In this document: in pieces, positions 34,003 to 45,650 of the stretch | Layout: the number at the start of each line of letters is the position of its first letter | Numbering within the stretch: position 1 is the stretch's first letter | NCBI GenBank assembly: GCA_963837175.1 | Contig: CAWIMJ010000050.1 | Location: forward strand, 32,001-96,000 | DNA length: 64,000 nt | Direction of reading: 5' to 3' | From: an uncultured Nitrososphaeraceae archaeon | GTDB lineage: Archaea > Thermoproteota > Nitrososphaeria > Nitrososphaerales > Nitrososphaeraceae | Translations under genes and position numbers: made by a program | Notes under the pieces: model-generated | The model's input: only the letters and a program-made list of their open reading frames with translations | Databases searched by the model: none | Told to the model about the DNA's origin: nothing

Positions 34003-34987
34003 CTTGTATAATATAAATATATACTTTGTTACATGATTACCTAAACTGCAAGACTATGCTCTGTAATTACTCATGTAATCTTACTAATAATGTCATACAA
34101 AGCTGCTTTAGAAAGGCTGTATGTACTCTAACACATGAAGTTCTTATTTCCTTTCCTGATAGTTTTAGAATGGGAATAGATCTGCTTAGAAGCCTAAGAC
34201 AATAGATTAAGTATAAACCACTTTATTCAAGTAAATGATCAAGAATGATTATTATTATTATTTTTATTATTTACATTATTTACCTATTGTGACTGTTTAG
34301 TTACACATTATCAGCTTTAAACATATTTGCTTCGCAACTATTATTATATTAAGATAGACTTTAGTCACAAAATATTTTTATTATTATAAAAATTATACCA
34401 TCAGTAGCAACAAAGAGATCAGAGAACAAGAGCAGACCTTGTATATATGTGAAAAACTAATTGGCATTATTCTTTTATCATATAATTACACAACTTTGTA
34501 TTAGAGTTGACCTGAAAATGATATTTAATTTATTATCATCATTGCTCTTAAATGTTCCATCAATCGTATTAATCATAATTAATGAGATAAAAATAATATA
34601 GTTAAACTTTGGATCTGTATGCAGCAAAATACAAATTTTGTGTGTTGCAAACTATTAGATGTCTACGTACTTCACATCTCTTTATTTGTGCTTGCATCTC
34701 CAATACGTCTCCTAATCTTACCTATATCACGTAAGGAATTTCCTGCACAAATTCTTGATTGCTGGAATCGTTGTAATTACTGTTAAAGAGGAAGACATAG
34801 AAGAGCTATAATAACACCAAGTAGAAGATAAGGAGAAATAAGATGATGAATAATAAATAATGGCTCCACTACTTTTATTGTACTTGACATGGAAAGCATT
34901 TCACTATCCTTATTGTTTTTTTCTCTAATTCTTTTTTATTGTTAACATTCACTCTCAATACTGTATTATCGATATAAATTAATCTTC

Positions 34988-36774
34988 TTACTGTATTATT
35001 GATCCCCCATCACTAATAGTGCCATTATCTATAGGAAGTAATCTGTATATTTCTCCATGGCCATACGAAACAACATACAAATAACCATCAGGTCCTACTT
35101 GTAGATCAGTAATTATACCGAAGTTGCTTCCAAATGTTACATCTTGTAATTCCTCATCAGTATCTGCCATCTTATCATCTAGCGGACTATCAAGAACTAA
35201 TTCCGTTCTGTTATCGTTTAAGTTAAAGTTAAATATTCTTCCTCCCTTAACATTTCCTACAAACATATCATTTTCATATTGTGTTCCTAATTTATCTGAA
35301 TCAAGGAATGTGATTGCAGTAGGAGCAACTGTATCATACCAATCAAATTTAGGATCGCTGTATTTTCCTTTTCCTCCAAAGTCCACTAGATCTCTGTTGG
35401 GATCAAATCCGGTGTCATTGGCTGCCAATCCCCTTATCTGTCTCCATCCGCCATTAGATCCTGCTTGAAAAAGATTAATTTCATCATGATGATTTGGTCC
35501 ATTTTCTGTCTCCCATAGGTTTCCAGTTACAGGATCAAAACCAATTCCGAAACTATTTCGTATTCCATATGCATAATATTTGTTTAGAGGATGTTCATTT
35601 CCAAATATACCTACACCTCCTACCACTTCGCCATTCTGAGTAACCCGAAGTATCCCCCCTCTTCCGTCAGGAGCTAACCCACTCGCATTATTTTGGGCAA
35701 GTGTATACGCACTTGGTATCCTAGCAAAGTTAAGGTCACCAGCTACAACATATACATTATTATCAGGACCTATTCTGACAACACCACCATCGTGGGAAGG
35801 TCCTGGTGTCGTCGGCAAGTCTAGAAGCAGTTTAGGATTTATAAGTTTATTATTTACTAATTCATACCTGTAAAGACGATTTCCCACAAGATTGCCACCG
35901 TCTTTTTCTAAGGTTTCACTGTAAAACAAGAAAACATATGCAGGTTGATCAGTTCCACTAGTTAGATTCTTTGATATAGCTATTCCAAGCAAACCTCTTT
36001 CACTTTCATTAGCAACATTGACATCAAGTAGTGGTTCTGGCAACATCTTACCATCTATAATCCTCTGTACTGTACCCTTGTCCTTCTCTATAACTAAAAT
36101 ATCATTAGGACCTAAGAATGCCATGCCAGTTGGAGCTTTTAGTCCACTAACAACCACTTCTGCCTTTAGATTGGGATCCTTAATTATCGGTACTTCTTTA
36201 GATTTCTGAGTAATGGGTTCGGGAGCAGCATTTATAGAGACATTAGCATTTGCCGTAGACGGAGGGGAAGTAGAAGTAGAAGGACTTATATTTTCACAGG
36301 TGGCCGTTGCACTGTCATTGTCAGCTGTACTAGCATCTGTAACTTTATCAATTCCTTCTCCACAGTTAAAAGTATCTTTGCCAGGTCCTCCTGTAAGAGT
36401 ATCATCTCCACGGCCTGCAATGAGTACGTCATTACCATCGTCACCAAATATCATATCATTTCCACTACCACCTCTAATTCTGTCATTTCCTTTGTCACCA
36501 TGGATGGTATCATCTCCATTACCACCTCTGATTTGATCACCTGCATCAAGACCAGATATCATATCATCTCCTCCATATCCATATATGTAATCTTTATCCG
36601 CAGTACCAGTTAGTGTATCAGGTCCTTCCGTTCCTGTTACATTAAGTGCCCATACATTTGCTACAGGTGATGGTAGCGATAATATTACACCAAATAGTGA
36701 TATTGCAGTTGTTGATAAAAATATGGTAATTATTGTTATCCCAATAATTGTCAATATTAAAACTCCTTTGACAT
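34988..36774 (-). CDS. RTX calcium-binding repeats fused to a PQQ-dependent sugar dehydrogenase
   Basis: GGxGxDxI nonapeptides, then GSDH motifs (ERGLLG, HDGG, YGIRNSFG, ENGP). The paralog at 63101 indicates the true start is ATG 36774 with one base lost from a homopolymer. Confidence 0.9.
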
Positions 36775-36818
36775 TTAGATTATAGAAGAAAAAGGCTAGA
36801 TATTATATAGCTTTGCAA
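36260..36818 (-). repeat. Inverted duplication copy A1 (promoter, signal peptide and RTX domain)
   Basis: Near-identical in reverse complement to 63057-63620. Confidence 0.9.
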
Positions 36819-37395
36819 AAATAAGCTATTTAATAAATAAAAATAAGAGCAGTTAGATGATTCAGAATTTGAAAGTATATGTAAAAAGAAATTCAATAGA
36901 GTAAATAGATTGAAAATAATCAATCAATCAAAGTACTTTCTTCCAATACTAAATATATCTATAAAGCTTATTGATAACCTGTTTCAATACCTAATGTCTT
37001 TTATTATCCTTTTTATGCTTTATTATATGAGAAGATTAATAGATTATGATTCTATCGATAGCTAGATATTGCCTTTAGAGTTGATTCATTATAAATATCG
37101 TATTGCATTATGTATCTTCTGAAATCGATGGCGTTTATATATATCATAATTGGAGCTTATAGAAAATTCATCCCACAGTGGAATCTATAATACAACATCT
37201 GAGATTTCAGACACCACAACAATTATTTTATCTTCACTTAAAATTAGTGTAAGAATAATACTATAAGACAATACTGAGAGGATATTAAGAATTACATTCT
37301 ATATTTATCAACAGAAGTATTATCCTTGTTATTATTATTACTATCCATAGTTCTGCAATATTTATAAATTCATTTAAACTTCTATTCCATTGCTA

Positions 37396-38513
37396 ATGAG
37401 AAATAACAAATCAGTCATAAATGTATTATCAATAGTAATTGTAGCATCTATCATGCTAGCAGCTAACTTTGTTTCACCTACCTTTGCTCAAAATAAGGCT
37501 AGTAATGATGATGGAAATAATGATGGAAGCTCTACTGATGGAAATAATGATGGAACTCTACTGATGGAAATAATGATGGAAGCGTTAGTGATGGAAGCTC
37601 TACTGATGGTAATGATCTTGGAAACTTTAAGTATGTCAAAAAGTTTGATAGCGATGGCAACTATATTGCTGGCTGGGGATCTAAAGGTACTGGGGACGGA
37701 CAATTTCTTCATGCCCATGGTATAGGTATTGATCGTTCTTCTGGTGATGTCTATGTAAGCGATGCAGAAAATTATAATATACAAAAATTTGATAGCAATG
37801 GCAAATTCATTACTAGCTGGGGTTCTGAAGGTACTGGTGACGGACAATTTTCAGTACCAGAAAGTATTGCCGTGGACTCTTCTGGAAATGTCTATGTAGC
37901 TGATCAAGGAAATAGCAATATACAAAAATTTGATAGCAATGGCAAATTCATTACTAGCTGGGGATCTAAAGGTACTGGCGAAGGACAATTCCATTTACTA
38001 TGGGGTGTAGGTGTTGATCCTTCTAGTAATGTGTACGCCACTGCTCAACAAGTTTTTGCAGTTCAAAAATTTGATAGCAATGGCAAATTCATTACTAGCT
38101 GGGGTTCTGAAGGTACTGGCGAAGGACAATTTGTCCATCTCCATGATGTAACAACCGATTCTCATGGTAATGTGTACGTTACTGATGGAAGAGAAAATTC
38201 ACGAGTTTCAAAATTTGATAGCAATGGCAAATTCATTACTAGCTGGGGTTCTGAAGGTTCTGGTAAAGGACAATTTATTGAAGATCATGGTATTGCCGTA
38301 AGTCCTTCTGGTAATGTCTATGTAGTGGATACACGAAATAATCGTATACAGGAATTTTCTTCTGATGGGACATTTATTCGTCAATGGGGTTCTGATGGCT
38401 GCGGTCCAGATCAATTTCTGATTCCACACGATATTGCTGTTGACTCTTCAAATAATGTATATGTAACTGACAGCGGGAACGTGCATTTCAAGGCGGATGT
38501 AACGTGTTCATAA
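37396..38513 (+). CDS. Secreted NHL-repeat six-bladed beta-propeller, frameshift at about 37556
   Basis: KFDSNGKFITSWGS.G.G.GQF..P..IAVD repeats. The second copy of a 27-bp tandem repeat (DGNNDGSST) lacks one G, which splits the ORF. Confidence 0.88.
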
Positions 38514-38577
38514 ACGTAAAAAACCTCATCAAAATGCAAGGAAGATAAAGCGAATTACGATCTTACTTTTAGATCCA

Positions 38578-38712
38578 CATTTCCCAACATTTCCCAACAA
38601 CATTTCCCAACAACATTTCCCAACAACATTTCCCAACATTTCCCAACAACATTTCCCAACATTTCCCAACATTTCCCAACAACATTTCCCAACATTTCCC
38701 AACAACATTTCC
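38578..38712. repeat. Tandem array of CATTTCCCAA / CATTTCCCAACAA units
   Basis: 11 full units of length 10,13,13,13,10,13,10,10,13,10,13 plus a partial unit. No substitutions. Confidence 0.95.
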
Positions 38713-39152
38713 ATATCATAGATTATATTTCCAAAAATCCTCAATTAAAGATCAAAGTTGCACACATTGAAGAATTAACTCGCGACGATCCCTCATATAA
38801 TAACACTAAGATGGATGGAAATGGATATCTAACTCATAAACCTAAGAAATATCTAAGAAATATCCTTCAACATCTAATTCTGTGGCGTTTATGGAGTCAT
38901 ATAACAGAAGACATACCTCCTAAATAGAAGTTTGATTGACAGCGGACTAGCCAACTGATAGCACCTGAACGGCACACAGGTCTACTTGATTTGTTGTATT
39001 ATTTTTTGTGATCTGGTAGTATATATATATGCAACCTAACTATTGCAGAAAAAAAGATAAAACCGACAATTTTTGTCAGTCTACTAGTATACAGAAATTG
39101 CAAGCGCTGGGTGCAGCTTTATTTATCTGTCTTTTTTCTTCAAGATATTGTT

Positions 39153-40925
39153 TTACGGCAGTCCAAATGCAACTATAGATCCTCCTATTTTTTCTCCTTT
39201 TGGCAGACCTTGAATATCATCTTTCATTTTACCTTTACCAGTTGGTACAAAAAGCATTCCATCACCTATAGATGGCCCGACTTGTCCTATTGGAGCATTT
39301 ACATCAAACTCCCATAGCTTATTACCTGTTCGCTTATCCAATGCCAAGATTATTCCAGATTTTGTTTTTTCCGTATAGGGGATATAAGCAGCAAATACAA
39401 CGTCATCAGTAACTAATGGAGAAACTCTTGTGGGAAACTGTGTCTGGTATTGCCATTTAATTTTTCCTGTCATCAAATCTAATGCCATTATGGTTCCATT
39501 ATACGATCCTAGTCCAAAAGTATTAGGGCCTGCTACTACACGACCACCTATTCCATCTGTAAGATAGTTTAAACTTCTGTTTGTAGCTGTAATATAAAGA
39601 GTGTCATTGTCTACTGCATGATAACTGAAAACACCATAAGACCATATTATCCCACTCCCATTAGGCAATGGAATTACATCCGTGCGAAATTGCTTTCCTA
39701 CAGTTTTCCACCATATCTCTTTTCCTGTAGTGGCATCCATTGCCATGACATTTCCCATCTTGTCATGGCCTATCACAACTTTCTTTTGCGTACCATTATT
39801 CAATGTGACTTTAGTAATACTACTTCCCCATGAGGTATCCCAATCATGAGTGTCTGGTACTTTCACATCTAAAACGGTACCATGCGCTACGAATGGAGTA
39901 GCCCACACAATTTTTCCATTAGTGATATTTAATGCTACCATGTGATTTGAGTAAAGATTGGGTGTTTGTCTTGTAGTTGCATTGTAGTTTGGTGCTGCGC
40001 TTCCTAACGGTATATATACAATCCCTGTCTCTGGATCTAACGAACCACCAGACCAAGCCGTTGCCCCACCATTAGGTGGAGTCTTTCCTGGCTTAACCCA
40101 TTCTCCCGTCGTAGTCTCAAAATTCCATATTATTTTGCCATTAGTACCATTGAGAGCTGTTACATTTCCTCTTACCATCTCAGAACCCCCACCCGAACCT
40201 GCTATTATATAATCATTCCATACTATAGGAAAAGGATCAATTTTATAACCTAATTTAGGATCACCAAGGACTTGCGATTCCCATATTGTTTTACCATCCG
40301 TAGCATTAATTGCCATAATGGTGGCCTTAGATCCTGTACTTGCAAATAATATCGCATCATCATAAGCCAAACCCATTGTTGGTCCAATTCCTGCACTAAC
40401 CTTCCATATTACATGTCCAGTTCTAGTATCAAAAGCTAAAACATTACCACCATAATCTTGAACATAACCCCTATTGCCTATAATTATGGGTGGATCTTGT
40501 ATCTCAACATTGTTGATCAGTCTCCATTTAACTTGGAGTTTGTCTAAATTATGCTTTCCAATTATTGTCTGATTGCTACTTCTAGTCCCGTACATATCAT
40601 GATTAACCATAATCCAGTTATTCTCGTTTTTTTGTTCAACACCAATTTCCGTCTGTGTAGCAGACGTTAATTTTATCTTTTGAGAATTAAATAATTCTTG
40701 TCGAATACTATCTTTTGTATATTTCAATGAAGTTGCTTCTTTTTCCACTTCTGCTTTTGATTCTTGTTTTTTATTTTCAAGAAAAGATTGTTCTTGAAGA
40801 GAATTGGTTTTTAAAGTAATATCACTAACAATCATTGATAACTCAATTATCAACAAAATAAAAAGAAAAATAATTTCCAATCGAAAGGCTATTCTTGAAT
40901 GGATAATATTACCAAGTCCTTTCAA
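39153..40925 (-). CDS. Membrane-anchored PQQ-binding beta-propeller (quinoprotein dehydrogenase-like)
   Basis: Repeated A.D..TG...W motifs. W.GGS.DPETG.VY..G and HDWD motifs. Confidence 0.88.
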   Translation of the reverse strand: MKGLGNIIHSRIAFRLEIIFLFILLIIELSMIVSDITLKTNSLQEQSFLENKKQESKAEVEKEATSLKYTKDSIRQELFNSQKIKLTSATQTEIGVEQKNENNWIMVNHDMYGTRSSNQTIIGKHNLDKLQVKWRLINNVEIQDPPIIIGNRGYVQDYGGNVLAFDTRTGHVIWKVSAGIGPTMGLAYDDAILFASTGSKATIMAINATDGKTIWESQVLGDPKLGYKIDPFPIVWNDYIIAGSGGGSEMVRGNVTALNGTNGKIIWNFETTTGEWVKPGKTPPNGGATAWSGGSLDPETGIVYIPLGSAAPNYNATTRQTPNLYSNHMVALNITNGKIVWATPFVAHGTVLDVKVPDTHDWDTSWGSSITKVTLNNGTQKKVVIGHDKMGNVMAMDATTGKEIWWKTVGKQFRTDVIPLPNGSGIIWSYGVFSYHAVDNDTLYITATNRSLNYLTDGIGGRVVAGPNTFGLGSYNGTIMALDLMTGKIKWQYQTQFPTRVSPLVTDDVVFAAYIPYTEKTKSGIILALDKRTGNKLWEFDVNAPIGQVGPSIGDGMLFVPTGKGKMKDDIQGLPKGEKIGGSIVAFGLP

Positions 40926-41362
40926 TTAAAAACAACTTATTATAGCCAGATAAAAGTCTGTCGCTATAAATAGCTCTTGTAATTTCCTCCTTAAATATAT
41001 ACAAATAAAAGAATTATCACAAGATTGGAAATTGTGGTGGATATTATTTCACAAACATAGTCAGAATAGAGTATCGAGACATAGTTCCAATATCTTTTCC
41101 AACTTTGGATTTGAGATATCGACTATGGTTAAAGAAGAAGCAACTAGACCAGGACTCTCGGAATTCTTCCTAAAATTTATGGTATAACCAGATCTAATAT
41201 CTATGATTATCCAAGTTATATTTTTTATTGTAGATATCTATCGGTCCCATTTTTCAATATTCAATACATATAAGTCCTCGTATGCAGTCCCTTACGTATC
41301 AAGGCTTGTTGAATACAAAGTCTTTTGTTGTTGTGTAGTCGTCGGAATGATATTTATACTCG

Positions 41363-42760
41363 CTATGATGATGTACCATTTTGTATTTGTGGTTTAAGAT
41401 CTGCAGGAACTATTCTGTATATAGTTCCATCACCAAATGAGAGGACATATAGATAACCTTCAGGACTCACTTGCAGATCAGTAATTGAGTCAAATCCCTG
41501 ACCAAACAATATCGGTCTTAGTTCTTCAGCTGAAGCTTCTATTTTATCCGCCAGTGACCCATTTAAAATGAGACCTGTTCTGGTTTGGTTTAATTTAATA
41601 TTATAAATATTTCCAGCATTGAAATCTCCTACGAACATATCATTTTCATATTGTTTTCCCAATTTGTCAGAATGAAGAAACGTCATTCCAGTAGGAGCAC
41701 TGTTGTTAAACCATACAAAGGCGGGATCACTATATTTGCCTTTCCCACCAAAATTTTCAAGCTCAAGCATATTTGGATCGGCTCTTTTTGCAAAAGCACT
41801 AGAATTCAAAATAACTTTTCCTCCAATTGTTGTATCTTCAGTGCTCCAAAATCCCTGTATTTTTCTCCATCCACTATTAAAGCCAGGCTCGACTAGGTTA
41901 ATCTCGTCTCCAAATGCTGCTCCATTCTCTGTATCCCATAATTTGCCTGTTACATGATCAAAAGCAATTCCAAAGCTATTTCTCAGCCCATACGCATAGT
42001 ACTTCTTCAGAATAGGAGGGTCTGCATCACTTCCTAAAGGATTATCAGGTAGAGGTTGACCATCCTGGGTAATTCTGTATATAGCACTAGTTCCATTAAA
42101 ATCAGGTTTATTAGGAAAGTTCTGAGTTTTTGATCTGTAACCTAGATCACCAATAGTAAGATATACATTATTATCAGGTCCAATCACTACCTTTCCGCCA
42201 TTATGGGCTGGACCCGGAACGGCTGGAAGGTCTAAAAGCAGTACGGGGTTTACTAATTTATCTCCCACCAGTTCATACCTGTAAAGACGATTACCGTTAG
42301 GTTGTGGAGAAGCTGGATCACACTTATTTGGCTTAGGACAAATATCACTGCCTTCTACATTTGCTTCCGTATAATATAAGAAAACATAGGTAGTGCCATT
42401 TTCATGTTTTGATACAGCAATTCCTAACATTCCCCTCTCACTTTTATTCGCAACATTAACATCTAAAACAGGCTGTGGCTGGATGGTTCCATTTACAATC
42501 CTTTTTACTGTACCATTGTCTTTCTCTAGAACCAAAATATCGTTTGGAGCTAAAAATGCCATACTAGTAGGTTTTTCAAGATCTTCTGCAACTACTTCTA
42601 TTTTGATATTGGTATCACGTAAGATTGGACTTCCTCCATATCCTTCTAATCTTGCATTGGCTGGCTCAAAATAATTATTATAGTTATTGCCTACATTTAC
42701 AAGCAATATTGTTACCAAAAGTATAATCAAGACTGCCTTAGTGGAATATAACATAGACAC
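41363..42760 (-). CDS. PQQ-dependent sugar dehydrogenase (GSDH)
   Basis: Signal peptide. ERGMLG, HNGG, YGLRNSFG, WDTENG and DEIN motifs. Confidence 0.92.
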   Translation of the reverse strand: MSMLYSTKAVLIILLVTILLVNVGNNYNNYFEPANARLEGYGGSPILRDTNIKIEVVAEDLEKPTSMAFLAPNDILVLEKDNGTVKRIVNGTIQPQPVLDVNVANKSERGMLGIAVSKHENGTTYVFLYYTEANVEGSDICPKPNKCDPASPQPNGNRLYRYELVGDKLVNPVLLLDLPAVPGPAHNGGKVVIGPDNNVYLTIGDLGYRSKTQNFPNKPDFNGTSAIYRITQDGQPLPDNPLGSDADPPILKKYYAYGLRNSFGIAFDHVTGKLWDTENGAAFGDEINLVEPGFNSGWRKIQGFWSTEDTTIGGKVILNSSAFAKRADPNMLELENFGGKGKYSDPAFVWFNNSAPTGMTFLHSDKLGKQYENDMFVGDFNAGNIYNIKLNQTRTGLILNGSLADKIEASAEELRPILFGQGFDSITDLQVSPEGYLYVLSFGDGTIYRIVPADLKPQIQNGTSS

Positions 42761-42946
42761 TAAGACAGCATTGATTATCCTCTCTATTAATAGTTTATCG
42801 AATTATCGGATTAATTTAATATATATTATATAATATATGGCACGAGATTTTAAGATGATTTATGTCAAGCTCCAAAGGATAATTAAATACAAGATATATG
42901 CTCTTGAAATTGTGACCCACGTATATTTATAGTTGTTAGTATATTT

Positions 42947-43438
42947 ATGAGCATCTACAAGATAAAGAAGGTTCAATATTGGTTGGCCGGTGGCGCGACT
43001 ATAATGGTAATATTTGGTGTGTTATATTTACATGTATTGACACATAAGCAACTTCCATATTTTCTTGGCTCAGTTAGCTCTCGGGTTAATATGTACGATG
43101 AGACATTCGCTTCAGCGGTAAGCAATATCTCGAATTTTGTACCCAAAAATGAAACCTTAGTAATTACATCAAGCAGTGGCGTCATAAAATATTTTACTGG
43201 CCACCTTGTTAAGATTCCCTGGAAAGTAAACTCTCAGGATAAACTTGTACAATATATGATAGATAATAATTTTACATATCTCGTAGTGCCTGAAATTAGA
43301 GGAAATGGAAGTTCAGTTGAAACATTAAAACCATTATTTACAGATGAAGGATTAAGACGCTTAACTTTTGATTTTCAAAAGTTAGCAGAATTTGAGACAG
43401 AATTTAGTAGAATTCATCTATACAAAAAACTCCCCTAG
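42947..43438 (+). CDS. Membrane-anchored protein resembling a GT-C soluble C-terminal domain
   Basis: One TM, then VPKNETLVI..YFTGH..NFTYLVV..IHLYK. Lies 2 bp from the next gene. Confidence 0.7.
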   Translation: MSIYKIKKVQYWLAGGATIMVIFGVLYLHVLTHKQLPYFLGSVSSRVNMYDETFASAVSNISNFVPKNETLVITSSSGVIKYFTGHLVKIPWKVNSQDKLVQYMIDNNFTYLVVPEIRGNGSSVETLKPLFTDEGLRRLTFDFQKLAEFETEFSRIHLYKKLP

Positions 43439-43440
43439 AT

Positions 43441-44532
43441 ATGGCACTAGAAAATTACAATAATGCAAGAAAGAACAAAAATATTCTAGTCATTTTAAGC
43501 AATCATAAAATTGATATTATTTTTGCAATATTTTGTTTATTTCTTATTTACGGATATAACCATTATATTTCTCTTATGAAAGTGCCCATTCACGATGGTG
43601 CATATTATCTTCTTAATGCTCATGATTGGTTGACAAATAAGCCTCTGGATGAATTCTATAGGCCACCATTGCTTTCTTGGATTATTGCTGGAATTTGGTC
43701 AATAACTGGTGAAAGCTGGGTTGTTGTAAAGGGTTTACAAGCATTTTTTACTATTAGTGCAGGCATCATATTATACATTCTTTTAAGAAGACACAAAGGT
43801 GCCATGTTTGCATTTAGTGTCACAGCCCTTACTATGATAAGTGGACCCCTGTTCTTTTTTAGTACTCAAATTGGGACTGAAGGGTTATCATTATTCTTTC
43901 TTGTTCTTACCTTATATTTTCTTAAAATCCAGAAAGAAAGGTATTGGTTTTTGGCAGGTATAACTATTGGGTTGACCTTTGCTTCGCGCTATCCTATCAT
44001 TCTGCAGGCTCTTGTGATTTTTATAGTAGAGAGCCTAATTATCAAAAAACCTAGGCTTATCATTCGAACAATTTCAGGCATGCTGCCTGTTATTGTAATA
44101 GTTGTACTAGTAGTATTTTTCAAAGCTGGCGCATTCCAAACAGCGCTTGCCAAAGATACTTCTTTTACAGTGTTATTCACATCCTTCTATTTAAGAAACT
44201 CAATTGATATATGGGGTTTAGCATTCCTGCTTGTTCCTATTGCTTTATTACATGAAAGAACATATAGTGATAAATTTAATTACGCATTCATTGGATGGTT
44301 TATTGTCTCTCTTCTATTTTGGAGTGCAAGTAGTTCCAACTTTCAGTTTAGGTTTACTATCCAATACACTCCTGCCGTTTATTTCTTATCTATACTTGCA
44401 ATTGAAAATATCATAAAAAATGGCATAACAATTAATAATACAATTATTTTCTATAAGAAAAGCATATTTTCATATATCAAATATTTTAAACACAAGATTA
44501 AGTATAATATATTAGGACGCTGGGGAGAATAA
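43441..44532 (+). CDS. GT-C glycosyltransferase membrane core (ArnT/PMT-like)
   Basis: HDGAYY, YRPPL, TE and ASRY motifs. About 10 TM helices. Confidence 0.85.
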   Translation: MALENYNNARKNKNILVILSNHKIDIIFAIFCLFLIYGYNHYISLMKVPIHDGAYYLLNAHDWLTNKPLDEFYRPPLLSWIIAGIWSITGESWVVVKGLQAFFTISAGIILYILLRRHKGAMFAFSVTALTMISGPLFFFSTQIGTEGLSLFFLVLTLYFLKIQKERYWFLAGITIGLTFASRYPIILQALVIFIVESLIIKKPRLIIRTISGMLPVIVIVVLVVFFKAGAFQTALAKDTSFTVLFTSFYLRNSIDIWGLAFLLVPIALLHERTYSDKFNYAFIGWFIVSLLFWSASSSNFQFRFTIQYTPAVYFLSILAIENIIKNGITINNTIIFYKKSIFSYIKYFKHKIKYNILGRWGE

Positions 44533-45650
44533 TTTATTATTCAATAATAAAGAGCAATGTACTAATTAAGAAATAAACATACCAAACGCTTTAAAAAGTA
44601 ACTTCCTCCGCACGTTTACCATTATTATAATTCTCATTATTAAATAGCCTTAGATACAGCCCATTAAATCAATATGTATAAAATAATCCAACAGATGAAA
44701 TATGTTAGAATTATTAGGATACCTCATTTTTTCCTGTTATCATTGAAGGTTTTAGAATCTGTTTTGTGATAACATATTTTTATGTCTATACAATGCTTTT
44801 TACTGTGTTAGGTCAGGCAGTTATATATATTGTCTCTTTGCCTTGACTAATCTCTAACTTAACTAGTTTTGTTAAATGAGTTCTGTAAATTTATTCTGCT
44901 TGTTTATCTATGTAGATATAAAATAACATCGTAAACCAATTCATTATATATTTCATCTTTATCATAATCTCCTTTCTGCAGAGAAAATGATCATCAAAAC
45001 ATTCTATTTTGTGATCTGTTAAAAACCCTCCATCTGGTTCTTCATTTCAATTTCATAGACACATTGCATTAACCTTAACCATTTACAAATATCACCTTGT
45101 CAAATAGTATCATCAGTGAATATGGGATTCTTTAATATTTACTCCTGAGCTGCTTAAGGAATTGATAACATACAAAAATTGGTTCTTTCTTTTGACAGAT
45201 TATTCATCCAGCATAATTAGTGTTTGGCTATTGCGCTCTTTATAAGTAATAACCCCTGACCATTAGCAGTAACGTTTCAGGTCCAAGTATTTCTTTGACT
45301 AAATGTCTCTTACTTCAAAAGTCTATCTGCCGGTTTTGAATACTTCTGTACCGATTTCCATATGGATACATATGTCTCTCATTTTAATATTGTTCAAGTG
45401 ACTTGGATGCAAATCCATAAGGTCTGGAACTAAAATATTGGTAGAGATCCTAAGCAATTACAGGCAAGTCTGTCCCACTGACATATTTCATTATGTCTAT
45501 GTAATTATTAGGATCCATCCACATCTAGATTATATTATATATAATAAGTAAACAGAACCTTTATATTATTATTATTATAGGATAAATAATACTTATACTT
45601 ATATACCCATTTCTTCTTTAAGTTCTAGGATTTAATAGAGGTATAAATTT

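Noticed and set aside
37780-38280. Four near-identical 40-60 bp direct repeats with variable spacers, CRISPR-like at first sight
   Set aside because: Period of about 140 bp, in frame, encoding NHL blades (KFDSNGKFITSWGS). No cas genes.
38529-38744. 71-aa ORF with CCWEMLGNVGK repeats
   Set aside because: Translation of the 10/13-bp array. Unit lengths are not multiples of three.
44900-45520. Possible decayed gene between the glycosyltransferases
   Set aside because: Coding-like composition, but no frame or motif I can assign.
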